A stretch of DNA of 64,000 nucleotides from Mobula hypostoma (Eukaryota): positions 65,660,001-65,724,000 of the forward strand of contig NC_086097.1 of assembly GCF_963921235.1 (NCBI RefSeq). Reading direction: 5' to 3'. The first letter of the stretch is position 1, and each line of letters starts with the position of its first letter. Below the pieces are notes generated by a model. That model did no database searches and was not told where the DNA came from. It saw nothing but the letters and a program-made list of their open reading frames with translations. Made by a program: the position numbers and the translations under genes. Of the stretch, positions 51,000-64,000 are shown piece by piece.

Positions 51000-53900
51000 A
51001 TAGACCATAAGGCCATAAGATATGGGAGCAGAAGTAGCCCATTCGGCCCATCAAGTCTGCTCTGCCATTCAATTCTTCCAGTCATCCCCACTCCCCTGCT
51101 TTCACCCCATAGTCTTTGATACCCTGGCTAATCAAGAACCTATCTATCTCTGCCTTAAATACACCCGATGACTTGGCCTCACAGCCGCTTGTGGCAACGA
51201 ATTCCACAGATTTACCACCTTCTGACTCAAGTATTTTCTCCGCATCTCAATTCTAAAAGGATGGCCTTCAATCCTGAAGTCGTGCCCTCTTGTCCTGGAA
51301 TCCCCTACTGTGGTGGAAATAACTTTGCCATATCTAATCTGTTCAGACCTTGTAACATTTCTATGAGATCCCCCCTCATTCTCCTGAACTCCAGGGAATA
51401 CAGCCCAAGAGCTGTCAGACGTTCCTCATACAGTAACCCTTTTATTCCTGGAATCATTCTCGTGAATCTTCTCTGAACCCTCTCCAATGTCAGCATATCC
51501 TTTCTAAAATAAGGAGCCCAAAACTGCACACAGTACTCCAAGGGTGGTCTCATGAGTGCCTTATAGAGCCTCAACATCACACCCCTGCTCTTATATTCTA
51601 GACCTCTAGAAATGAATGCCAACATTGTATTCTCCTTCTTCACAACCAACTCAACCTGGAGGTTAACCTTTAGGGTACCTTGCACAAGGACTCCCAAGTC
51701 CCTTTGCATCTCTGCATTTTGAATTCTCTCCCCATCTAAATAATAGTTGGCCTGTTTATTTCTTCCACCAAAGTGCATGACCATGCACTTTCCAATATTG
51801 TGTATTATTTGCCACTTCTTTGCCCATTCACCTAAACTATCTAAGTCTCTCTGCAGGCTCTCTGTTTCCTCAACACTACCTGCTCATCTACCTATCTTTG
51901 TATCTTCGACAAATTTAGCCACAAATCCATTAATAGCGTAGTCCAAATCATTGACATACATCGTAAAAGGCAGCGGTCCCAACTCCACTGGTAAACAGCA
52001 GCCAGCCAGAATAGGATCCCTTTATTCCCACTCTCTGGTTTCTGCCGACCAGCCAATGCTCCATCCACGGTAGTAACTTCCTTGTAATTCCATTGGCTCT
52101 TTATCTTGCTAAGCAGCCTCATGTGAGGCACCTTGTCAAAGGCCTTCTGAAAATCCAAGTACACCATGTCTACTGCATCTCCTTTGTCTACACTGTTTGT
52201 AATTTCCTCAAAGAATTGCAGTAGGTTTGTCAGGCAGGATTTTCCTTTCAGGAGACCATGCTGGCTTTGGCCTGTCTTGTCATGTGCTTCCAGGTACTCC
52301 GTAATCTCAACCCTAACAATCGATTCCAACAACTTCCCAACCACTGACATCAGGCTAACATGTCTATAGTTTCCTTTCTGCTGCCTCCCATCCTTCTTAA
52401 ATAGCGGAGTAAGATTTGCAATTTTCCAGTCATCCGGTACAATGCCAGAATCTATTGATTCTTGAACGATCATCGTTAATGCCTCCGCAGTATCTCTAGC
52501 TACTTCCTTCAGAACCTGAGGATGCATTCCATCATGTCCAGGAGATTTATCCACCCTTAGACCATTAAGCTTCCTGAGCACCTTCTCAGTCGTAATTTTC
52601 ACTGCACAAACTTCACTTGCCTGACACTCTTGAATATCCGGTATACTGCAGATGTCTTCCAATGTGAAGACTGATGCAGAATATACATTCAGTTCCTCTG
52701 CCATCTCTGCATCTCTCATTACAATATCTCTAGTGTCATTTCATATTAGTCTTATATCCACCCTCGACTCTCTTTTACCCTTTATATACTTAAAAAAGCT
52801 TTTAGTATCTTCTTTGATATTAGTCGCCAGCTTCCTCTCATAATTTATCTTTTCCTTTCGAATGACCTTCTTAGTTTCCTTCTGCAAGTTTTTAAAAGCT
52901 CCCCAACCCTCTATCTTCCCACTAGCTCTGGCTTCCCTGTATGCCCTCTCTTTCGCTTTTACTTTGGCTGTGACTTCACTTGTCAGCCATGGTAGTGTCC
53001 TTCTTCCCTTTGAAAATTTCTTCTTATTTGGAATATATCTGTCTTGCATTTCTCTCATTTTTTGCAGAAACTCCAGCCATTGCTGCTGTGCTCTCTTTCC
53101 TGCAAATGTCCCTTTCCAGTCAACTTCGGTCAGTTCCCCTCTCATGCCATTGTAATTTCCTCTATTCCACTGAAATACTGATTCATTGGATTTAATTTTT
53201 TCTCTTTCAAATTTCAATGTGAACTCGATCATACTGTGACCACTGTTCCCTAAGGGTTCCTTAACCTTAAGCTCTCTTCTCAGCTCCGGATCATTGCACA
53301 ACACCCATTCCAGCACAGCTGATCTCCTAGTGGGCTCAACAACAAGCTGTTCTAAAAAGCCATCCCTTAGACATTCTACAAATTCTCTCCTTTGAGGTCC
53401 AGTACTGACCTGGTTTTCCCAGTCCACTTTCACGTTAAAATCCCCAACAATTATCATGACATTGCCTTTCTGACATGCCTTTTCTGTCTCCTGCTGTAAT
53501 TTGAAATCCACATCCCGGCTGCTGTTCGGAGGCCTGTATACAACTGTCATTAGGGTCCTTTTACCCTTGCCATTTTTTAACTCAACCCATAGAGACTCTA
53601 CACCTTCCAATCCTGTGTCATCTATTTCCAATGATTTAATATTATTTCTTATACACAGAGCCACACTACCCCATCTGCCTACTAACCTATCTGTCTGATA
53701 TACCGTACATCCTTGGATATTCAGCTCCCAATGGCAGCTATCCTTTTGCCAAGTTTCAGAGATGGCCACAACGTCATATTTGCCAATCTGTAGCTGAATT
53801 TCAAGATCATCCATTTTATTCCTTATGCTACTTGCATTCAAATACAACACTCAGTCCAGTATTTGTTGGCTTTCTGTTTTAACTGCACCACGCCTCTATT

Positions 53901-54418
53901 GCCCTGTAACTCATGCCACTGGCTTTGATTAAGCCTCATCTCCTGCCTGTTCTTTCTATAATCTCTGTTGCACGCTATCTTTGATTTATTTCTGTTTTCC
54001 CCTTCCTCAGCCCATCACTCCAGTTCCCATCCCCCTGCCAAATTAGTTTAAACCCTTCCTAACAGCTCTATTAAATGTGCCCGCTAGGATATTGGACCCC
54101 TTTGGGTTCAGGTGTAACCCGTCCTTTTTGTACAGGTCGTACCTCCCCCAGAAGAGGCCCCAGTGATCCAGGAATCTGAATCCCTGTTCCCTACACCAGT
54201 CCCTCAGCCACACATTAATACACCTGATCATGCTATTCTTGAACTTGCTAGCACGTGACGCAGGCAGCAATCCTGAGATTACTACCCTAGATGTCCTGCC
54301 TTTCAGCTTCACACCTAACTCCCTGAATTCTCTCTTCAGGACCTCCTCCCTTTTTCTACCTATGTCATTAGTACCAATGTGTATCAAGACTTCTGGTTGT
54401 GCACCTTCTCCCTGCAGA
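51000..54418 (-). mobile_element. CR1 LINE (esterase end, APE, RT, 3' end) inserted in a Rex fragment
   Basis: ORFs 54043..54495, 52741..53850, 51892..52719 and 51305..51784. Rex remnants flank it at 50800-51000 and 54419-54820. Confidence 0.92.
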
Positions 54419-55504
54419 ATACTGGTATGTGTCAAGGATATGTGCTTAGCCCATTGCTCTATTCTCTCTACGCCCACAAATGTGTGGCTAGACACAGCTC
54501 AAATGCCATTTATAAATTTGTCAATGACATAACTTTCGTTGGCAGAATTTCAGATGGTGATGAGGAGGTGTACAGGAGTTGTCCTTTTGCACAACTTAGT
54601 TTAATTTTTAAAATACAGTTCTTATTGTAATTTATAATTTTATTATGTATTGTACTGTACTGCTGCCGCAAAACCACAAATTTCACATCATATGCCAGTG
54701 ATATTAAACTTGATTCTGATAAAATTAAAAGGAATTGATTGCAAACAGAAAAAACTGAGTCAGGAAAACACACACCAGTCCTCATCAAGGGGTCAATGGT
54801 GGAAATGGTGAGATAAAGCAAAATAAATACTACTTGCAGATTGACAAAATAAAAAATTGAAAATTATCAAAGCACTTGCATCCTCCTCATCATTTTGCCT
54901 ATTGTGACCTCATTCTAGTTATCACACACCCACATGGATTTTGTATATTCAACCCAGTCAACTCAAAAAAATTAGTTTTCACATCTCTCATGGAAACCAA
55001 AGACCTCAGAAAAATTATCAATGAGGACCTTTGCCCTGAGAGAGTTGATACTGGACTTGGGTCTTGAAGCCAGAAGTTGGGCTGGAAACGGCATGTTACA
55101 GATCCTGTCCAGGAAGTGATAGAAAATTTTCAGTAAACATTGACAGCAGCTGCTAAATGTTACCTGAGGCATGTGCACTATGCTTTTCTCTTCACCTGAT
55201 AGCATCGGATTTGCATACCATAGGTATTAATATCTGTGCAATGGATTGACTCTTAGATCATCTGATGGAGTATCTTCTTTCTTTTCTGGATGCAAAGGTT
55301 AACTGTGCGGTTGGCCAGATGTATTTGCTAAATTATTTGAATGAAGTAAAGTGCAAGGGATGGGGTTGGGTTGGGTGGCCGGGTGATGTGGTGGTGGCAT
55401 TGTATTCAAATTTTAAAATATTTCCTTACACAATTATTAAATTGGAAGACAGTGAGGGGAAATGGAAAATAGTCATTAATGCACCTCATCTTATCTGGTT
55501 TCTG

Positions 55505-57490
55505 TGACTAACAAGAGAAAATCTGCAGATACTGGAAATCCAAGCAACACACACAAAATGCTGGAGGAACTCAGCAGGTCAGGCACCATATATGGAAAAG
55601 AGTACAGTCTACATTTTGGGCTGAGATCCTTCAGCAGGACTGGAGAAAAAAAGAGTAGAGTTAAAAGCTGGGGGAGGGGAGGGAGAAACACAAGGTGATA
55701 GGTGAAACTAAGAGGGTGAGGGATGAAGTAAAGAGCTGAGAAGCTGATTAGTGAAAGAGATACAGGGTTGGAGAAGCGGGAGTCTAATAGAGGACAGAAG
55801 GCCATGGAAGAAAGAAAAAGAGGGAGGAGCACCAGAGGGAAGTGATGGGCAGCCAAGGAGATAAGGTGAGAGAGGGAAAAGGGAATGGGGAAATGGTGAA
55901 GGAGGGTGGTGGTGGGGCCATTACCAGAAGTTCAAGAAATCTATGTTGATGCTATCAGGTTGGAGGCTACCCAGACAGAATACAAGGTATTCTTTCTCCA
56001 CTTTCACGTCTGTAAAGGAGGCCATGGATAGACATATTGGAATGGGAAGTGAAATTGAAATGGGTGGCCACTGGGACATCCCGCTTTTTCTGGTAGATGG
56101 AGCATAGGTACTTGGTGAAGCGGTCTCCCAATCCACGTCGGGGTATCACTGATATACAAAAGGCCACACCGGGAGCACTGAACCCAGTATATGAGCCCAA
56201 CGGACTCAGACATGAAGTGTTGCCTTACCTGGGAGGACTGTTTGGAGCCCTGAATGGTAGTGAGGGAGCAGGTGTAGCACTTGTTCCACTTGCAAGGGTA
56301 AGTGCCGGGAGGGAGTTCAGTGGGGAGGGATGAATGGACAAGGGAGGCGTGTAGGGAGCAATCCCTGTGGAAAGCAGAAAGTGTGGGTGAGGGAAAGATG
56401 CACTTCGTGCTGGGATCCTGTTGGAAGTTGAGGAGAATTATGAAGGCTTGTGGGATGGTAGGTGAGGGCAAGAGGAACCCTATCCTTGGTAGGGTGGCGG
56501 GAGGATGGGGTGAGAGCAGATGTATGTGAACTGGAAGAAATGCAGTTGAGGGCAGCATTGATGGTGGAGGAAGGAAAGCCCCTTTCTTTGAAGAAGGAGG
56601 ACATCTCCTTTGTTCTAGAATGAAAGACCTCATCCAGAGACCACATGTGGCATAGACGGAGGAATTGAAAGAAGGGGATGGCGCTTTTACAAGTAACAGG
56701 GTAGGAAGACATATAGTCCAGGTAGCTGTGAGAGTCTGTGGGTTATAATAGACATTAGTAGATAAGCTGTCTCTAGAGATAGTGACAGTGAGATGGAGAA
56801 AGGGCAGGGAGGTGTTGTGAATGGATCAGGTAAATTTGAGGGCAGGGTGGGAATTGAAGACAAAGTGGATGAAGCCGACGAGTTCCACATTGGTGCAGGA
56901 AACAGCACCAATGCAGTTGTCAATGTAGCATAGGGGAAGTGGGAGACGGCCACCAGTGTGGGCTTAGAACATAGACTGTCCCACATAGCCAACCAAAAGG
57001 CAGGCATGTGAGTGCCCATGGCTACATTTTTTGTGCTTCGACTTCGCCTCCAACTTCCACTATGCCCTCAAATTTACCTGGACAATTTCTGACACTTCTG
57101 TCCCCTTTCTCAATCTCTCTGTCTCCGAAGACAGCTCTGTCTATTGTACTGATGTGTTTTACTCGTAAAAAAACACATCCCCTTCTCTCAAATCCTCTGT
57201 CTTCACCACATCTGCTCTCAGAATGAGGCCTTTCATTCCAGAACAAAGGAGTTATCCTCCTTCTTCAAAGAAAGGGTCTTCCCTTCCTTCACCAGCAATG
57301 CTGCCCTCAACCATATCTCTTCCATTTCACATGTCTGCTCTTACCCCATCCTCCCGCCACCCTACCAGGGATAGAGTTCCTCTTGCCCTCACTTACCATC
57401 CCACCAGCCTCCACGTGCAGTACATAATTCTCCTCAACTTTTCCACCATCTCCAACGGGATTTCACCACCAAGCACATCTTCCCTTCCCT
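55505..57490 (-). mobile_element. Neptune-like PLE with an inverted 5' segment (57010-57490 on +)
   Basis: ORF 56004..56633 (YPCKWNKCYTC, CSRCGLLYISDT) and a pseudo-LTR at 55505-55920. Confidence 0.85.
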
Positions 57491-59976
57491 TCTGTGCAGA
57501 CATACCTCGCAACTGTAAGTGTGTTTGTCCAGAGGACTTTGACTTCCCTTGTGCATAAGACATCTATCCTTTTCTCTGCATTGACCTGTGCTTCTAGATC
57601 TGGCATCCTAGGTCAATTAAGATTTTAGAAATGGCTCTAAATCGGTTTCAATGCCATTGCAGCTGCTGAACATAAACCCTTTTCAGAGATACAGACTTGA
57701 GTTGTTAACAAGAAAAAGCAAAATAAAATTTCAAAAAGCCGGGGTGACCATCAGTGCATTAGCAATGCTGAATCAAAAAGGATAGCAAATACAGAACTCA
57801 AAATGTTATATCTCAATGCATGGAGTATAAGAAATCAGGTTGATGATCTTGTTGCACTTTTATAGATTTTCGGGTATAATGTTGCAGCCATCACTGAATT
57901 GTGGCTGAAGTTGCAGTTGTAGTTGGCAGCTGAATGTCCAAGATTACACATTGTATCGAAGGGATAAGAAAGTAGGCAGTGGGTGGTGGTGTGGCTCAGT
58001 TGGTAAAGAATGGCATGAAATCATTAGAAAGATGTGACATAGGATCGGAAGAAGCTGAATCCTTGTAGGATTGAGTTCAGAAACTGCAAGAGTAAAAGGA
58101 CCCTGATGGCAGTTATATACAGGCTTCCAAGCAGTAGCTGGGATGTATTCTACAGAATACAACAGGAAATAGAAAAGGTGTGTCAAAAGGGTAATGTTAT
58201 GATAGTCATGGGAAATTTTAACATGCAAGTAGATTGGGAAAATCAGATTGGTAATGGATCTCATTTGTTGAATGCCTATGAGATGGATTTTCAGAGCAGT
58301 TTGTTGTTGAGCTGACTAGGGGATCAGCTCTACTGGATTGGGTGTTATGTAATGAGCTGGAGGTGATTAGGGAGCTTAAGGTAAAGGAACCCTTCAAATC
58401 AGTGATTGCAGTGTGATTGAGCAACACGCACAAGGCCTACTGAGTCTCTCTAGCATTTTCTGTGTGTTGCTTGGATTTCCAGCACCTGCAAATTTTCTTT
58501 TGTTTGTGCTTGGATAGCAGATTGAGTTCAACTTGAAATTTGATCAAAAGAGAGTAAAGTCTGATGTACCAGTATTTCAGTGGAGTAAGGGAAATTACGG
58601 TGGCATGAGAGAGGGGTTGGCCAAAGTAAATTGGAAGGAGATGCTGGCAGGGATGACAGCAGAACAGCAATGGCTTGAGTTTCCGGGAAAAATGAGTAAG
58701 GTGCAGAATAGATGTATTCCAAAAGCAAAGAGAAGGCACGCAATAAAGCAAAAGTTAGCAGGAAGATAGAAGATTTGGGATGCTTTCAGAAACCTACAGA
58801 AAGCAACTAAAAGAATCAGTAGGAGGGAATAGATAAAATATTGAAAGCAAGCTAGCAAGCAATGTCAAGATGGATAGAAAAAGCATTTTCAAGTATATAA
58901 AAAATAAAAGAGAGATGAGAATCTATATAGGACTGCTAGAAAATGAGGCCGGAGAAATAATGATGGGAGACAATTGGCTGATGAACTGAATGAGTATTTT
59001 GCATCACTCTTCACTATGGAAGACTGTTATAAGAGGTAACAGAGGTAAGTATTTCAAGCAGAGTAGTGGACGCATGGAATGCACTGCTAGTGTAGATGGT
59101 AGAGGCAGATGCCATAGGGACTTTTAAGAGACTCTTGGGTACATAAAGCTTAGGGAAATAGAGGGTTATGTGATAGGGAAATTCTAGGGAGCTTCTAGAG
59201 TAGGTTACATGGTCAGCACAACATGGTGGACCGAAAGGCCTGTAATGTGCTGTAGATTTCTCTGTTTCGACATAAGACACTAGTAGCGTGCCAGGTGTTG
59301 AAAGGCTTGAGGGAAGAGAAGTGAGTGCAGTTACTATTACAAGGAAGAAGGTGCTCAAATATCTGAAAGACCTAAAGGTGCATAAGTCACCCGGACCAGA
59401 TGATCTACACCCTCGGGTTCTGGCAGAGGTAGCAGTAGAGATTCTGGAGGCATTAGTAATAATCTTTCAAGAATCATTGCACTCTGGTTTGGTTCCAGAG
59501 GACTGTAAAATTGCACGTGTCATTCCACTCTTTCAGAAAGGAGGGAGGCAACAGAAAGGAAATTATAGAGTAATTAGCTTGAACTCAGTGGTTGGGAAGA
59601 TGTTGGAGTCAATTATTAAGGATGTGGTATTTTTCGGGTACCTGGAGGCACATGATAAAATAGGCGAAAGTCATATGTTGAAAGTCCTCGATAGAGTGGA
59701 TGTGGAGAGGGTATTTCCTATGGTGGGGAATCTGGGACCAGGGGGCACAGCCTTAGAATAGAGGGACGTTCATTTAGAACTGAAATAAGGAGGAATTTCT
59801 TTAGCCAGAAAGTGGTGAATCTGTGGAATTCATTGCCACAGGCAGTTGTAGAGGCCAATTCACTGGGTCAAAGTCAGCGTTGTTTTCTTAAGGGAACATC
59901 TTATCTGGTGAACCTGTTGGATTTCTTTGAGGAAATGACAAGCAGGATAGTTAAAGGGAATGCAGTGGATGTTGGA

Positions 59977-60979
59977 CACTGCCCATAAAAAGTATTCAAC
60001 CCCCTTGGAAGTTTTCATGTTTTATTGTTTTGAAACAACTCTAGAGAAGTTACAAGCTTCAGTGTCTGAGATGGGAGAGACTGCTGTTGCCCGAATGCTT
60101 TACCAGTTGTAGCTTTATGGCAGAGTAGCAAAGAGAAAGCCACTGTTGGAGGGAAAAAAACTCAAATGAAATCTTGGCTAGAGTTTGCTAGAAGGCATGC
60201 GGGAGACTCTGAAGTCAGATGGAAGAAGGTTCTATGGTCTGATGAAACCAAAATTAAACTTTTTGGCCATCAGACTAAATGCTATGTTTGGCATAAGTCA
60301 AACACCACACATCATCAAAACACCCCATTCCTACCATGAAACATGCTGTGGGGATGCTTCACTGCACCAGGCCCTGGAAGGCTTGTGAAGGTAGAAGGTA
60401 AGATGAATGCAGCAAAATACAGGGAAATCTTGGAGGAAAATCTGTTGCAGTCTGCAAGAGAACTGCGACTTGGGTGAAGATTTGCTTTCCAGCAATACAG
60501 TGATCCCAAACATAAAAGCTACAGAGAAATGGCTTATAAACAACAAAGTCAGAGTCCAGACCTCATTCCAATTGAAAGAATTTGTGGCCGGACTTGAAAA
60601 CGTCTGTATACGCATGATCCCCCTGCAATCTGACAGAGCTTGAGCAGTTTTGTAAAGAAGAACGGGGAAAAATGGCAGTGTCCTGATCTGCAAAGCTGAT
60701 AGAGACCGATCCACACAGACTCAAGGCTTTAATTGCTGCCAAATTGCTGCATCTAATCAATACTGTCTAGAAGAGGTGAATACTTATGCTATCAATTATC
60801 TTGTGTTTTATATTTGTAATTAATTTAGATCACTTTGAAGAGATCTGTTTGAACTTTACACAAAAGTCTTTTTCTGTTGATCAGTATCAAAGAAGCCAAC
60901 TAAATCCACTGTAATTCAATGTTGTAAAACAATAAAACATGAAAATGTCTAAGGGGGTGAGTCCTTTTCAAAGACACTG
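59977..60979 (+). mobile_element. Tc1 transposon, internally deleted, same family as 45255-46759
   Basis: Matching termini, WSDETKIKLFG and a 3' TA. Confidence 0.85.
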
Positions 60980-60994
60980 TATATTTGGTTTTTC

Positions 60995-63056
60995 TTTTTT
61001 TTTGTAATTTATTTTTTATTGAGTTTCATCATCAAACAAACATTTCCATAAGATGTATTTCAGATACCGTACATATATATCATATAATCATATTTGTCAC
61101 AAATCTCCACATAATATTTATCTGAGGTATACACTTATAGAAAGAAGAGGATAGAAAGAACAATTGAAAGAAAAAACTATGTACAGAGTAGGGAGTGATT
61201 TTTTTTTACAACATATTCATTGATTGTGAGAATAAAATCAGACCTATGAGGTGTTATGTGGTTAAACCATTTTTTCCAGTATGAATAAAATTGTTCCAAC
61301 TTATGATTAACAGATGTTGTTATTTTGTACATGTCCATTGTAATTTCCATCCATACATTTAAAGTTGGGCTCTCCTGAGATAACCATTTCCTGGTACGGG
61401 TCTTTTTACCAGCCATCAGCAGTACATTCATTAAATATTTATATTTATCTCTTTTCAACTATTCTTGAGGTATATACCCAAAATATAGTGTAATTATCTG
61501 TTAGTATATCATTGAAATTTGCAGAATATAACTTAATTGATCTACAAATAACAAATAAGAAGCAAGAAAAGTGAATAATAAAAAAAAGGTAACGAAGGTG
61601 TGGTTCCAAGGCTGGGGTCTCTAGATGACCCTGGGTTAGGATAGAAGAAAAGTCTTCTGGGGGATAACCCCTCCTACCTGTGGGTTGAGGGCCCCTGCTG
61701 CAGTACCTATAAAAGTAAGTAAAAATAAACTATGTCCATTACACAGAAATAATTTCCCTGTGTATTCCTCCCATGTATATATTCTCATTTAGGTGGGGAA
61801 AAAGGAATGAACAAATGAATTTTTAAAAAATTGAGTAATATAAAATCCACATTATAACACGTATTTCTCGAGATAGTTATATCACCGTCTATTTTTGCTT
61901 CCATTTAGTTTATCAGCACTTTTAAAGTTAGCCAAACCTTATGGCTTTTCTGTAGGAGGTGAGGGCTGCCCTCGGAGAACTGACAGTCTCTCCCTAAAAT
62001 TCTTCTCTCGTCCTGTTCCCATCCCCTGCTTTCTAGGTTCTCTTACTATTTCCCAAGCAGCTTGGGACAGCTGCTCAGCCAGAGTTTCCCTTGGTTTGAC
62101 CACGCTAATGGACAGTCCTCTCTTGTTCATGTCTATAGTCGCCTCCTCCACCGTCTGGTACAGTCACACCCCTTCTCCTCAGTTTAACAGGGTATGGGGT
62201 TTGGAATTTAATCTTTTTTTGCTTTAATATTCATTTTGCTTCGGAATATTCCTTCCGTTTCTGTAGGACTGCTGGGCGGTAATCATGATTGAAGTTTTTT
62301 AACTTCCCGTTCCAAAAAACCTCTTCTTACCCCAGGGCTTTCATAGAATCTTCGCCTTGCTCTTGAATCGAAGGAATCTAAGTACTATGGAGCGCGGTTT
62401 ACCTTCTCTGTCTCTGGGAGGCCGCTGGACAAGAGAACGATTCGCCCTTTCAATTTCAATCTCCGTTGTCTGAGGAATCTCCAGCGCTTCCCACAGCAGC
62501 TTGTCTACAAAGTCTATCATCGACAATCCCTCCGCTCCTTCGGGAACATTATAAATCCTGATATTTTCCCGTCGCAATCTTCCCTCCTGGTCAAGCAATT
62601 TACTTTCCTATTGATTTAATATTTTTATTGTCTTACTTAGTATCTGTTCCACGTTTTGCATGCGATCTTCCATCTTCTCAATTTGAGTCTCTGCCACCGC
62701 TATTTTCTGATTGACGTTGGCGAGCTCTGACTTTATATCATTGAGTTGCTGCTGTATATCTTTTTCAACTTCCCTTATCTCTTCCAAAATTCTTATTATA
62801 TTTGCCGCTTCGCCTGCACTAGGCCCAGCATCAGCTTCGCCGCCACGCACACGTGTAGGAGAGCCGCGCACTGTACCTCTTTCTTCCGTAGTGCTTTTTT
62901 TATCTCGATTCTTTCTCCCCATCCTTGCCCTCCTTATCAGTTCAGATATTTTCAAAAGATCTTATATTTGATGGATTAATGGGGCAAAATATGCGTTTTT
63001 CTGGAGGAGCTGTTGATTTAAGCTGCCATTCTGAGCCATGATGTCACCAGAACCCC
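60995..63056 (-). mobile_element. L1-clade element retaining 5' UTR and ORF1 but only the last ~100 codons of ORF2
   Basis: ORF1 coiled coil and RRM (RRENIRIYNVPEG, EIERANRS, PRSIVLRF), ORF2 tip 61177..61458, AATAAA with an A-rich tail, and a TSD ATTTGG(T/A)TTTTC at 60983-60994 and 63057-63068. Confidence 0.85.
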
Positions 63057-64000
63057 ATTTGGATTTTCAGATGGTTTTTGACAAGATGCCATGCATGAAG
63101 CTGCTTACCAAGTTAAGAGCCCATGGAATTACAGGAAAGTTACTAGCATGATTAGAGCATTGGCTGATTGGTTGGAGGCAGCGAGTGGGAATAAAAGGAT
63201 CCTTTTCTGGTTGGCTGACAGTGACAAGTGGTGTTCCATAGGGGTCAGTGTTGAGACCACTTCTTTTTTTGTGCTGTTTATAAATGATTTAGATAATGGA
63301 ATAGAGGGCTTTGTTCCCAAATTTGCAGATGATACGAAGATTGATGAAGGGACAGGGAATGTTGAGGAAACAGGTAGGCTGCAGAAGGACTTAGACAGAT
63401 TAGGGGAATGGGTAAGAAAGTGGCTAATAAAATACAATGTTGAAAAATGCATGGTCTTGCACTTTGGTCGAAGAAATAAATGTGCCGACTATTTCCTAAA
63501 CAGGGAGAAAATCCAAAAATCTGAGATGCAAAGGGACTTGGGAGTCCTTGTGCAGAACACCCTAAAGGTTAACTTGCAGGTTGATTTGGTGGTGAGGAAA
63601 ACAAATGCAATATTAGCATTCATTTCAAGAGGTCTAGAATACAAGAGCAGGGATGTGATGCTGAGGCTTTTTAAGGCACTGGTGAGGCCTCACCTTAAGT
63701 ATTGTGAACCATTTTGGGCTCCTTATCTAAGAAAAGATGTGTTGGCATTGCAGAGGGTTCAGAGGAGTTCCACAAGGATGATTCCAGGATTGAAAGGGTT
63801 TTCATATAAGGAACCATTGATGGCTCTGGGCCAGTACTCGCTGGAATTTAGAAGGATGAAGGGGGGGATCTCATTGAAACTTTCGAATGTTGAAAGGCCT
63901 AGACAGTAGATGTGGAAAGGATGTTGCCCATCGTGGGGCAGTCTTGGACAAGAGTGCACAACCTCAGGATAGCGGGTGTCCATTTAAAACAGAGATGCGG

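Larger units (their letters stand above)
57770..64000 (+). mobile_element. Degraded CR1 sequence(s) interrupted by Tc1, L1 and smaller inserts; runs off the window end
   Basis: APE remnants at 57800-58400 and ORFs 59288..59761 and 63091..63909 (KFADDTK). The motif AVDV.YLDFQ is split between 59960-59976 and 63057. Confidence 0.82.

Noticed and set aside
54850..55500. Coding-like stretch as an exon or pseudogene
   Set aside because: The frames checked contain stops and no homology is recognisable.

Overview
This is eukaryotic, vertebrate-type genomic DNA made almost entirely of nested transposable-element relics. The repeat mix suggests a cartilaginous fish such as a ray or shark, but that is inference. 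No host gene, rRNA, tRNA gene or CRISPR array could be supported. The window holds about 8 CR1 LINE copies (one with a nearly intact ORF2), many Rex1/Babar fragments and two L1/Tx1-type insertions with target-site duplications (TSDs). It also holds Penelope-like elements (PLEs) of two types carrying minimal hammerhead-ribozyme motifs, a two-LTR BEL/Pao element lacking RT-RNaseH-IN, a second degraded BEL pol, an LTR with an exact tRNA-Leu primer-binding site (PBS), a tRNA-derived SINE and three Tc1 transposons. The most notable observations are: (1) fold-back PLE-end units built around hammerhead motifs, one with a 12-bp TSD; (2) a Sleeping Beauty-family transposon whose left end is replaced by an inverted copy of its right end; (3) a TSD-flanked L1 that keeps ORF1 but almost no ORF2; and (4) a repeated ~690-bp non-coding element with a 3' stem-loop and a Rex-like (CTAAT)n tail. 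Family names come from motif recognition by eye, not database searches. Boundaries of degraded copies are approximate.
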